Positions 28,024-36,618 of a stretch of DNA of 63,310 bases are shown one piece after another. The position numbers and the translations under genes were made by a program. Under the pieces are notes generated by a model. That model did no database searches. It was not told the origin of the DNA and worked only from the letters and a program-made list of their open reading frames with translations. The stretch's first letter is position 1, and the number at the start of each line of letters is the position of its first letter. The stretch spans positions 1 through 63,310 of the forward strand of contig CAYLOP010000003.1 of NCBI GenBank assembly GCA_964385305.1, read 5' to 3'. The DNA is from an uncultured Anaerolineaceae bacterium. Lineage in GTDB: Bacteria > Chloroflexota > Anaerolineae > Anaerolineales > E44-bin32.

Positions 28024-28687
28024 TGCACAATACCAGGATGAGCAGGAACTCGTGGATAGCACGCCGCCAGAGGTTCCAGAAGCAGTTGCCGAAGAACCTG
28101 TGGGCATAGAAACGGAAACGGTGGAACCACCGGAGGAAGATATCATTCCTCAACCACCGAGCAAGTTTCGCCGTATTCTCCGGACGATCTTGCTGTGGGC
28201 GATCGGCCTGCTCGGTGTATTTGCACTTGGGGTTGGTGTGGCATGGTTCACGCTTGTAAACCCAGTGCGCGCAGACAAGCAGGCTTTAATGGAAGAACTG
28301 GATGCAGCGCGTGCAGACGCTGAGGTGCAACTCTCTGATCTGCAGACCGAGCATGATTTGGAAATCCAATCGCTGCGTGATGAAATAGCAAAAGATTCTC
28401 TCCACATGGATTTGCTCACGGTTATGGTGGATGTGTCCTCTGCAAGGCTTGCACTGGACCTGAATAATGATGTGGGAGCTCGTGCCGCATTGGCAGGTAG
28501 TGATGAGCGTTTGGAGCAATTACAGACCGGGCTGCAGGGGAATGGGTTTGAGGCTGTAAAGGAACTGCGCGCTCAACTTACCTTGGCGCTGGATTCTCTC
28601 GAATCAAAGCCGGCCGTTGCGGATAGGGCGCTTGAGCAACTCGTCGATGATTTGCTTAAATTGGAGCGCTCCCTTTTTAGTGATTAG
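28010..28687 (+). CDS. Single-pass membrane coiled-coil protein with architecture like the preceding gene
   Basis: GAGGAG lies 6 nt before ATG 28010 (ORF track 27995). Acidic N-terminus, TM segment ILLWAIGLLGVFALGVGVAWFTL, then coiled coil. Confidence 0.5.
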   Translation: MIQDDAQYQDEQELVDSTPPEVPEAVAEEPVGIETETVEPPEEDIIPQPPSKFRRILRTILLWAIGLLGVFALGVGVAWFTLVNPVRADKQALMEELDAARADAEVQLSDLQTEHDLEIQSLRDEIAKDSLHMDLLTVMVDVSSARLALDLNNDVGARAALAGSDERLEQLQTGLQGNGFEAVKELRAQLTLALDSLESKPAVADRALEQLVDDLLKLERSLFSD

Positions 28688-28749
28688 AAGTAACTTGTGA
28701 CGAGCCAATTGCCCTTTGGGATCAGGTAAAGCTCAGAGGGCTTTTCATT

Positions 28750-29277
28750 TCATGAGGGATCTTGTTCGGATAGGAACTCAGCTTGAAGCCGTTGTACAAC
28801 GATGCGGTCCGTTGGAAAGATCAACTCAGGGAGGTCTTCAAGTGGGAACAGACGCACCTCGGTGAGATCTCCGCCGGCACGTGCACCGTCGAGCGATTTA
28901 GCCGTTCCGCGATACCAAATCCCGACAGTATGGTTCTCTGGATCATGAAAGTTAGAGAGAACGGCGTAAACGTGCGCTAAGTCGACCTCCAGACCTGTCT
29001 CCTCCCGCATCTCACGTATGGCGGCTTCTTCGGTGGTTTCATCCCACTCAATGTGCCCGCAGGGGATGCACCAGCCGCCATCCTGTCTTTGGCCCAGGAG
29101 CAACTTTGACCCGGAAAGCAAGATTACGGCCACGCCGGTGGTGGGGTTTCGATAGTGGATCCAGCCGCAGGACGGACATCGGAGTCGTCGTTGATCATCA
29201 TCCTGGAAGGGTTTAAGTGAAGAGCCGCACTGTGGGCAGAATCGATATTGATCTTCGTTGGAATGGTTTACGGGCAT
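28750..29277 (-). CDS. NudC-like Nudix hydrolase with an N-terminal zinc ribbon
   Basis: CPQCG...CPSCG ribbon, then the Nudix box GHIEWDETTEEAAIREMREETGLEV. ATG 29277 (MPVNHS) preferred over 29355, which would overlap the upstream gene. Confidence 0.8.
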   Translation of the reverse strand: MPVNHSNEDQYRFCPQCGSSLKPFQDDDQRRLRCPSCGWIHYRNPTTGVAVILLSGSKLLLGQRQDGGWCIPCGHIEWDETTEEAAIREMREETGLEVDLAHVYAVLSNFHDPENHTVGIWYRGTAKSLDGARAGGDLTEVRLFPLEDLPELIFPTDRIVVQRLQAEFLSEQDPS

Positions 29278-29314
29278 GATTGTTCTCGTGGTATCCCGTA
29301 GCTCGGATCTCTTT

Positions 29315-30421
29315 TCAATAGCGCAGTAGCGCCCCGATACGGCCGGCGCGTTCAAGATCAGGGTTATCTCGGATGACCTCTACCTCACCGCCCTCGGCGA
29401 GTACCTTTCGAATAGTGAGTTCGACCGCGTCGGGGATTTTCTCCACACGATCGCCACAGAAAGGACACACATCAAATTCCTGTGCGGAAATGTGGCCGCA
29501 ACCCACGCATCGAAATCCCGGAGCACGGTAGCCTTCACTGACCACGAGCGTCTGTACATTTCCTGCATGTGCCGCGCCCAAAGTGTCATCGAGTCGGATG
29601 ACGCCGTCACGCCCTTTTGCAGCGGCGGTCACAATCGCCTGAACCAAACGGCTCTCCTTCGCTTGCTTGGCGGCTAGGACAACTTCCATCGCTTTTTCAA
29701 GGACCTGCGCGTGACCGGCAATCATGTCCATGGGGAAACTACCCATAACAAGGCTCTGCCATGTCCGTGGGAGGAAATCGATGAATTGGGCGACGTTTGA
29801 TTCCGTACCACCCACCAATACCCTTCGAATCTGCTTTGCTTCAAAGAATCGTGCTGCAAAACGTGCGGACTGCTTGAAGTTCCGGTCGATCATCTCTTCC
29901 GAGTAGCGAGTCTGCCCGGCGATTCCGCCTCGCCTTCCGGTGGCTTGTGAGCCGCCGCCGAGCTTGGTATGTCGTATGGCTTCCCCCATCGTCCCTTGTT
30001 GCTCCCACAACTCACCAAGGTGGAAGTGAAACATGCGGATGCCTTGTTTGTCGACAAGCGCAACGCCGTAGTTCCCGTAATTATCGATAAGGTCGACAAG
30101 CGGCTTAACATATGGCCGGTTGAGACGACGGGCTCTGTCGCGGACGGGAAGTGAGAGCGCATAGCTGCGAAAGAAGTGGTCTTTGGCACATGAAAAAAGG
30201 ACCAAACTTCGGCCGGACCAATCGTATTCATGCTCAATATAGCGCTCGATGGCTTCAACATCACCGGCCGCATTCTCATCAAACTCCTTGATAAGCTGAC
30301 GAAGTCGCAACTTGTACGCATCCGCTGAACCCAGGGAGGGGTCCACACTGAGGTAAACGCTAAGCACGGGAAAGCCTGGCTGGTAGGCGATAAACTCCTG
30401 CAGGTCCTTCACGGTAAGCAT
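29315..30421 (-). CDS. Bacterial eRF1/Pelota-fold protein, Vms1/ANKZF1-like (baeRF-type), with a C-terminal zinc ribbon
   Basis: 368 aa. Loop HTKLGGGSQATGRRGG (Q159 at nt 29945-29947) resembles the GxxQ/GGSQ loop of Vms1. CVGCGH...CPFCGD ribbon is inserted in the last domain. Ends in RIGALLRY, like eRF1/Pelota domain 3. Confidence 0.6.
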   Translation of the reverse strand: MLTVKDLQEFIAYQPGFPVLSVYLSVDPSLGSADAYKLRLRQLIKEFDENAAGDVEAIERYIEHEYDWSGRSLVLFSCAKDHFFRSYALSLPVRDRARRLNRPYVKPLVDLIDNYGNYGVALVDKQGIRMFHFHLGELWEQQGTMGEAIRHTKLGGGSQATGRRGGIAGQTRYSEEMIDRNFKQSARFAARFFEAKQIRRVLVGGTESNVAQFIDFLPRTWQSLVMGSFPMDMIAGHAQVLEKAMEVVLAAKQAKESRLVQAIVTAAAKGRDGVIRLDDTLGAAHAGNVQTLVVSEGYRAPGFRCVGCGHISAQEFDVCPFCGDRVEKIPDAVELTIRKVLAEGGEVEVIRDNPDLERAGRIGALLRY

Positions 30422-30469
30422 AACTGCCTCCTCATGGCATGAAGTAGACGCGCCGAATGGGGAGCATTT

Positions 30470-31663
30470 TCAAGGGCGAGCGCCTAGGGTTAGGGGGACT
30501 TCAATCTCCTTTCCATTCCGTAAGACGGTTAAGCTTACGGTTTGATTGACTTCGGTATTATTGAGTAGATAGGTGAGCAATTCGGAGAACTGACGCACAG
30601 GGACTCCATCGACTGCTGTGATCAGATCACCTCCGGCTCTGAGATCCACATCATCGCAGCTCCCTGCCCCTATGATCCCAGCCTTGTCGGCTGGACCATC
30701 TTGTGTGACGCAAGTCACGTAAGCGCCCAGGGTGTTTGCAGGGAGTTGCAGCGCCTCAAGAGTCTTTAGATTCCATTCGCTGAGACTCGAGATTCCCAAA
30801 TAGGGGTAGTCGTATTTTCCTTTCGCAATAATGGCTGGAAAGACTCGTCGTACAATGTTGGAAGGAATAGCAAAACCGACGCCCGAATTGGCGGCGCCGC
30901 CGATTACGGTGAACGATTCTGTGCGAATGGCGCGATTGACGCCAATGACTTCGCCGCGAAGGTTAATGAGCGGACCGCCTGAGTTGCCGGGATTGATGGC
31001 TGCATCGGTTTGGATGATGTCCCCTGCACTGAAAAACGACCCGCTCGGGGCAGGATTCTCAGAGGAGAGGGTCCTTCCTTTTGCAGAAACAATGCCGATC
31101 GTCATCGTTCCCGATAAGCCAAAAGGGTTCCCAATAGCGAAAACAAAATCGCCAACGCTCACCTGATCTGAATCGCCAAGAGGCAGTGCAGTAAGTTGTC
31201 CTTCAGAAATCTCAACCTTTAGCACGGCTAAATCCGAATCGGGATCGGAGCCCACAAGGGTTGCCCAGGCCTTCATTCCGGAGGGGAAATCGACTTCGAT
31301 TTCAGCGGCGCCATTGATGACGTGTTGGTTGGTGACGATATACCCTGCAGGGTCGACGACAAAACCCGATCCCTGCCCCGTCGGAATGGTTTGATCCGCA
31401 GTTGTACCGATTTGACTGTATGTCCAGATGGTAACCACCCCTGGATTTATTCGCGCGTATAGGCTTGAGAGATCCGTATCTCCACCAAATCCCAGATTGT
31501 CGATGTCGATGAGATCCGTGGACACCGTCACCGTAGGAATGGATATGGGCTTGGTCTCGATCTCTTCTCTGGGTATAGATGTGTCGTTTAATGTTAGCGG
31601 CGTGGCGCATGCCACGACCGCAATAAACAAAGCGAATACAACAAGAAACGATGTTGATTTCAT
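30470..31663 (-). CDS. htrA: HtrA/DegP-family serine protease with PDZ domain
   Basis: Signal/TM N-terminus. TNQHV, DLAVLKV and NPGNSGGPL form the catalytic triad context. C-terminal PDZ domain. Confidence 0.9.
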   Translation of the reverse strand: MKSTSFLVVFALFIAVVACATPLTLNDTSIPREEIETKPISIPTVTVSTDLIDIDNLGFGGDTDLSSLYARINPGVVTIWTYSQIGTTADQTIPTGQGSGFVVDPAGYIVTNQHVINGAAEIEVDFPSGMKAWATLVGSDPDSDLAVLKVEISEGQLTALPLGDSDQVSVGDFVFAIGNPFGLSGTMTIGIVSAKGRTLSSENPAPSGSFFSAGDIIQTDAAINPGNSGGPLINLRGEVIGVNRAIRTESFTVIGGAANSGVGFAIPSNIVRRVFPAIIAKGKYDYPYLGISSLSEWNLKTLEALQLPANTLGAYVTCVTQDGPADKAGIIGAGSCDDVDLRAGGDLITAVDGVPVRQFSELLTYLLNNTEVNQTVSLTVLRNGKEIEVPLTLGARP

Positions 31664-31913
31664 CGATTGTGTTTCCTTCCTACTCTTCTAATACCTGAAC
31701 AAGATAAGCGTTCAACCTACGTGTCCAAAATGCTCTCTACATTGCATCCGGGCCGACCCGCCTGGCTGGGTGTGGAGTAGGGGAGAGGCGGTAAAACATC
31801 AAGCTTTGTTGCATAGATGGTGTGCCCTCACCCAAGTTTGGGGTGCGTCCATTTCGACAGCGATGCGGGTTGATGAAGAAGGCTCGCTTGCCCCGCTGCA
31901 TGGGAGGGAAGGC

Positions 31914-32837
31914 CTAATCCTTTCGTAGCTGAGCGAGTTCTTTAAAGAGGTCTCGTTCTCGTTTGCTAAGTTTATCTGGAAGCGTGATGTTCAGCTTCGC
32001 GTACAGATCACCGTGAACAGACGGATTGCGAAGTTTGGGCATGCCTCGGCCTTTCATGCGAAAGGTTTGGCCCGGTTTGCTCTCCGGGGGGATGGAAAGA
32101 ACCACATCCCCAACCAGCGTCGGGACTCGCGCCTCGCCGCCCAGAATGGCGCTGTAGATGTCGACGTTGAGGTCGACATGCAAATCATCCCCCTTACGCT
32201 TGAAGCGGGGGTCGGGTTCAACATGGACAACAAGATATAAATCCCCTGCCTGATGGCTTCCCGTCTCGCCTTGCTGGGTGAATCGCACCTTCGTCCCAGT
32301 TTTAGCACCGGGTGGGATTTTAACCTCAAGATTTCGACCATCGCGGCGAAAAGTCCTTGTGGTGCCTGTGTAGGCTTCAGCGAGGCTGATATTCACTTTC
32401 TGTTCGATATCCCGACCGCGCCCTCGCCTGGCTCCGGAAAAACCCTGGCTTTGCCTTGGGGCGCCCCCAAAGATAGCGTTGAAAAAGTCTGAAAAACCGC
32501 CAAACAGGTCGCCAATGTCGCCGACCTCGACATGCACATCTCCAGGAGCGCCCCCTCCCATCCATTGGGACCAATCAAAGTTCCCGGATTGCGCTCCCAT
32601 TCGCTCCCAATTTTTATACGAGGCGCCAAGGCGGTCGTATTTTGCTCGCTTCTCGGGGTCGCCGAGAACTTCATTCGCCTCATTGATTTCTTTGAAGCGG
32701 TTCTCAGCATTCTTATCACCCGGATTCTTATCCGGGTGATGTTTGAGGGCTAACTTCCGATAGGCGCGTTTAATCTCACTTTCGGAGGCATTTCGATCAA
32801 CGCCCAGAATTTTGTAATAATCCTTGTAATCCATCAA
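31914..32837 (-). CDS. cbpA: DnaJ-class co-chaperone without zinc finger (CbpA type)
   Basis: DYYKILGV...[12 protein letters not shown] domain, Gly/Phe region, two C-terminal beta domains, and no CxxCxGxG repeats. Confidence 0.85.
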   Translation of the reverse strand: MMDYKDYYKILGVDRNASESEIKRAYRKLALKHHPDKNPGDKNAENRFKEINEANEVLGDPEKRAKYDRLGASYKNWERMGAQSGNFDWSQWMGGGAPGDVHVEVGDIGDLFGGFSDFFNAIFGGAPRQSQGFSGARRGRGRDIEQKVNISLAEAYTGTTRTFRRDGRNLEVKIPPGAKTGTKVRFTQQGETGSHQAGDLYLVVHVEPDPRFKRKGDDLHVDLNVDIYSAILGGEARVPTLVGDVVLSIPPESKPGQTFRMKGRGMPKLRNPSVHGDLYAKLNITLPDKLSKRERDLFKELAQLRKD

Positions 32838-32996
32838 TCCCTAAACCTTCACTTCTGATTCTAAAGGCGCTGGTGAAAGCGTGTCAAGAGATGCACACAG
32901 GGTCTAATAGGATTCTAACATCTCCGCGTGGAAATGCGCTGAGCCTCGTGCCCGATGTGACTCCCACCACGCTTCCTTCCGTGCTATCATATCCTT

Positions 32997-34196
32997 ATGA
33001 CCCCATCTGCGAATCTCGAGAGGGTTCTCGTTGTTGACGAAGACCCCGAGGTGCTTGATTTAATCGACCGTCAAGTCTTGGGGCCGTTGGGGTATCGTGT
33101 TGCCACGGCCAGCACGGCAGCCGCAGCGATTCAGAAAGCCTTGACGTTTGCCCCCGATCTGATCATTGTCAGTCTGACGTTGCCAGGCTTGAGCGGCAAG
33201 GACCTTCTGGTTGCGCTTCGTTCTCAGGGCATGGAACTCCCCACACTTGTTATGGCGCGTGAGGGCATGGATGCGGATGCGATTCAGGCTTTCCGCTTGG
33301 GCGCGAGTGATTACCTCGTAAAGCCGTTGCGTGAGGCTGAGCTTGTCGCTACAGTTGAGCGTGCCATTCATGAGACGCGGCTACGTCATGAGCGCAGTCG
33401 TTTGGCGAAGCAGCTTTCGGAGAGCAACCGCCAGCTCGAACGACGGGTTCGAGAGCTTACGACGCTATTTGGGATCGGGAAGATGGTGACTTCTGCGACC
33501 CATCAGGGTCAGTTGTTCAACAAGCTGATGGAGGCGAGCTTGTTTGTCACCGAGGCGGATGTAGGGTGGGTTTTACTCCATGACGAGAACTCCGAACAAT
33601 TGCTCTTAAGAGCGCAGCGCAACTTGCCAGCAGCGCAGGCTGGGAAACTGCATCATCCGTGGGATGATGAGGTCAGCACGCTGGTTATGTTGTCGGGTGA
33701 GGCGCTTGCAATCCATGGGGATGGATTAGCGCAGTTTAAGCTCAGACAGTACGGAAAAGCAGCTCTGATCGCGCCGATCAAGGTCCGCGATCGTCCTATC
33801 GGTGTCATCACCGTCACTCGCCAAGGTGACCACCCATTCTCGGAACGGGATCAATCGATGCTCGAGGCGGTGGCGGACTATGCTTCTATTTCGCTTGTAA
33901 ACGCAAGGCTCTTCCATGCCTTAGAGGCTCGAGCTCAAAGGATGCAAGAACTCTTTGATAAAGTCGCAAGGGATGCAAAAGTCTATAGTGACTGGAGTGC
34001 CAAACTTGAACAGGGGTTGCGGATTGCACGGGGGAAAATCGCCGGTATGGTAGAAAGTGCAAAGGATCCGGGATTCGCAGCAACCCTACAAGCCCTCGAC
34101 CAAAATCTGGAAACACTGTCGAAGCAAGCTGGTGACCTTCCAACAGTCGATATCGATGAGACGCCCGATAGCTCTGACACACGTCCTGCAGGATAA
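32997..34196 (+). CDS. Response-regulator receiver plus GAF domain protein
   Basis: VLVVDEDPEVLDL...DLIIVSLTLPGLSG...YLVKP is the receiver. A coiled-coil linker follows. The GAF pattern ends in IAPIKVRDRPIGVITV. Confidence 0.8.
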   Translation: MTPSANLERVLVVDEDPEVLDLIDRQVLGPLGYRVATASTAAAAIQKALTFAPDLIIVSLTLPGLSGKDLLVALRSQGMELPTLVMAREGMDADAIQAFRLGASDYLVKPLREAELVATVERAIHETRLRHERSRLAKQLSESNRQLERRVRELTTLFGIGKMVTSATHQGQLFNKLMEASLFVTEADVGWVLLHDENSEQLLLRAQRNLPAAQAGKLHHPWDDEVSTLVMLSGEALAIHGDGLAQFKLRQYGKAALIAPIKVRDRPIGVITVTRQGDHPFSERDQSMLEAVADYASISLVNARLFHALEARAQRMQELFDKVARDAKVYSDWSAKLEQGLRIARGKIAGMVESAKDPGFAATLQALDQNLETLSKQAGDLPTVDIDETPDSSDTRPAG

Positions 34197-34267
34197 TGTA
34201 TCACCATTTCAAAAACGAACATTGATGGAACCGCGCACTCTTATCCTAGATTACACGATAAAAAATA

Positions 34268-36187
34268 ATGAGCAATAACCTGATTCTTGTCGTCGAGGAT
34301 GACGAAGAGATTCGCGCACGACTTGCGGAGAATGTGCTGATACCCGCGGGGTATGCTGTGAGGTCGGTGGGCGATGGCAATTCGGCTTTGGCGCTAGTTG
34401 GAGAACTGCGGCCCCAACTTGTGATAACGGCGGATCCACTGCCAGATTATAACGATCTCAAGCTTGTTCAACGTATTCAACGTGAGCAGCCTCACTTGCC
34501 CGTCATTGTAATAGCCGAGGACAGTTCCCAGGAATACGTGCTGAAAGTGTTGCGCGCGGGTGCGGTTGATTTCGTATCTGTGCCCTTTGAACCGGAACAG
34601 TTGCTAGCCGCTGTGGGACGGGCATTAGCACTGAGGCAGGATTGGCAGCAGCTTATCCAAGCACAGGTTGAAGTAAAAGTGAATGCCGATAGCCTTGAAC
34701 GTCGCATTCATGAATTGGAAACCCTGGCATTGATTGGTAGGAAAGTCACCGCTATGTTGGATTTGGATGAGGTTCTAACCACAGTCGTGGACGCGGCGGT
34801 GCGACTCTCAGGTGCGGAGGAAGGAAGTTTGCTTCTGCTGGATGAAGATACCGGCGAGCTTTATATGCGAGCTTCCAAGAATTTTGACGAGGAGTTTTCC
34901 ACCGCGTTTCGATTGCGTACGCGTGACTCGCTGGCTGGACAAGTCGTTACGACGGGAAAACCGGTCATATTGGACGAACGCGCCCCTCAAAAGATCAAGA
35001 CTTCCTACCTTGTGCACTCTCTCATATACGTGCCTCTCAAGGTGCGTGGGCATATCATCGGTGTACTAGGCGTGGATAACCGTACCGCCGATCGATATCT
35101 CAACCAAGAAGATATTACCATCATGCATGCCTTGGCGGATTATGCAGCTATCGCCATAGAGAATGCACAACTCTATGAAAGATCTGAAATCGAGCGCTCG
35201 CAATTTGAGACCATCCTCACGCAAACCGAGAATGGTGTGATTGTTGTGGATCCAGAAAATCGGGTGCTCTTGATCAACAGAGCAGGGGTTGAAGCTTTTA
35301 ATGTGAGCGGTGACATCATCGGCAAGTCTGCTGTAGAAGTGTTCGATGAACCGAAACTCTTGGAGTTGTTGCGCAGAGCGGAGACTTTATCGAATGTCGA
35401 AGAACTCGAGGTCTCGGATGGTCGAACGTTCAGCACGCAACGAACGCCAGTTGCAGGCGTTGGGCAGGCTGTCATCTTACACGACATCACACACCTCAAG
35501 AACTTGGCGCGGATCAAATCGGAATTTGTCACAACGGTGTCGCATGATCTGCGTTCGCCTTTGACAGCAATCCTGGGCTATGTAGAGTTGATTGAGCGCG
35601 CAGGTTCGCTCAATGATCAACAGCGTGATTTCATCCAACGAGTACGCATCAGCGTTGATAGGATTACCAGTCTTGTGACCGATCTGCTCGACCTCGGGCG
35701 GATTGAGGCGGGTTTGGATATTGCAAGAGAAAATACGCCCATCGTGGTGCTCGCCCGTTATGCCATTGACAGCTTACGCGGCGTAGCAGAGAATAAAGCC
35801 GTCACGTTAGAAGTTGAATTACCGGATGAACCCTTAATCGTCCTCGGTGATCCTGTTCGACTCCGACAAATGATCGGGAATCTTCTCGATAATGCATTAA
35901 AGTACACACCTTCAGGTGGGGTTGTGCGTGTTGAAATAGAGGCGGAGGGGGATCAAATGATTTTACGAGTGCGGGATACAGGACCTGGGATCCCTCCCGC
36001 AGACCAACCCTATCTGTTCGATAAATTCTTCCGGGCGAGCAACATCGAAGTTGATATGCCAGGAACTGGCTTGGGGTTGTCGATTGTCAAATCGATCGTG
36101 GACAACCACGACGGCAGAATTTGGGTGGAATCCAAGTTGGGGAAAGGGACGACATTCACCGTTGTGCTTGCTTTGGTGGAGTCTTAG
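34268..36187 (+). CDS. Hybrid sensor histidine kinase (receiver, GAF, PAS, HisKA, HATPase_c)
   Basis: LILVVEDDEEIR receiver; GAF (YVPLKVRGHIIGVLGV); PAS-like GVIVVDPENRVLLINRAG; H-box SHDLRSPLTAI; G-box GTGLGLSIVKSIV. Confidence 0.9.
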   Translation: MSNNLILVVEDDEEIRARLAENVLIPAGYAVRSVGDGNSALALVGELRPQLVITADPLPDYNDLKLVQRIQREQPHLPVIVIAEDSSQEYVLKVLRAGAVDFVSVPFEPEQLLAAVGRALALRQDWQQLIQAQVEVKVNADSLERRIHELETLALIGRKVTAMLDLDEVLTTVVDAAVRLSGAEEGSLLLLDEDTGELYMRASKNFDEEFSTAFRLRTRDSLAGQVVTTGKPVILDERAPQKIKTSYLVHSLIYVPLKVRGHIIGVLGVDNRTADRYLNQEDITIMHALADYAAIAIENAQLYERSEIERSQFETILTQTENGVIVVDPENRVLLINRAGVEAFNVSGDIIGKSAVEVFDEPKLLELLRRAETLSNVEELEVSDGRTFSTQRTPVAGVGQAVILHDITHLKNLARIKSEFVTTVSHDLRSPLTAILGYVELIERAGSLNDQQRDFIQRVRISVDRITSLVTDLLDLGRIEAGLDIARENTPIVVLARYAIDSLRGVAENKAVTLEVELPDEPLIVLGDPVRLRQMIGNLLDNALKYTPSGGVVRVEIEAEGDQMILRVRDTGPGIPPADQPYLFDKFFRASNIEVDMPGTGLGLSIVKSIVDNHDGRIWVESKLGKGTTFTVVLALVES

Positions 36188-36618
36188 TCCCCGAGCCTGT
36201 TTACAGATCAAACGCGCGGCAACGCAATCGCATGCTCTGTAAACGACGCCTCCGCCGGGGCGGTGAGGGGGTAACCCGGCGGAGACCTTCGCCAAAGGAG
36301 GAGACAGCGATGAGTGTAGGAGCTTTTCGTTGCCCCTTCTCTCGTCTCCGCGCGTTATAATACTCCCCAGGCTACAAAGCTGCTACCGTAGAAGATCATC
36401 GCCCTAGGGTGACTTTAATCCACGGAAATCATGGGCGACAAAACCTTATTACAACAAAGGAAATTTCAGGGGAATCGTCTGTCTGGAAGAGAGGCAACCC
36501 CCCTTTTAAGTTTACATAACAGGAAGCTTCATGGTGCAATTTTTGTGGGAGTCGACGTGCTCCACGTAAAGTTCGGGTTTTCGAAGTTCGTATTGAAATT
36601 CTTGAGGATTTACATTGG

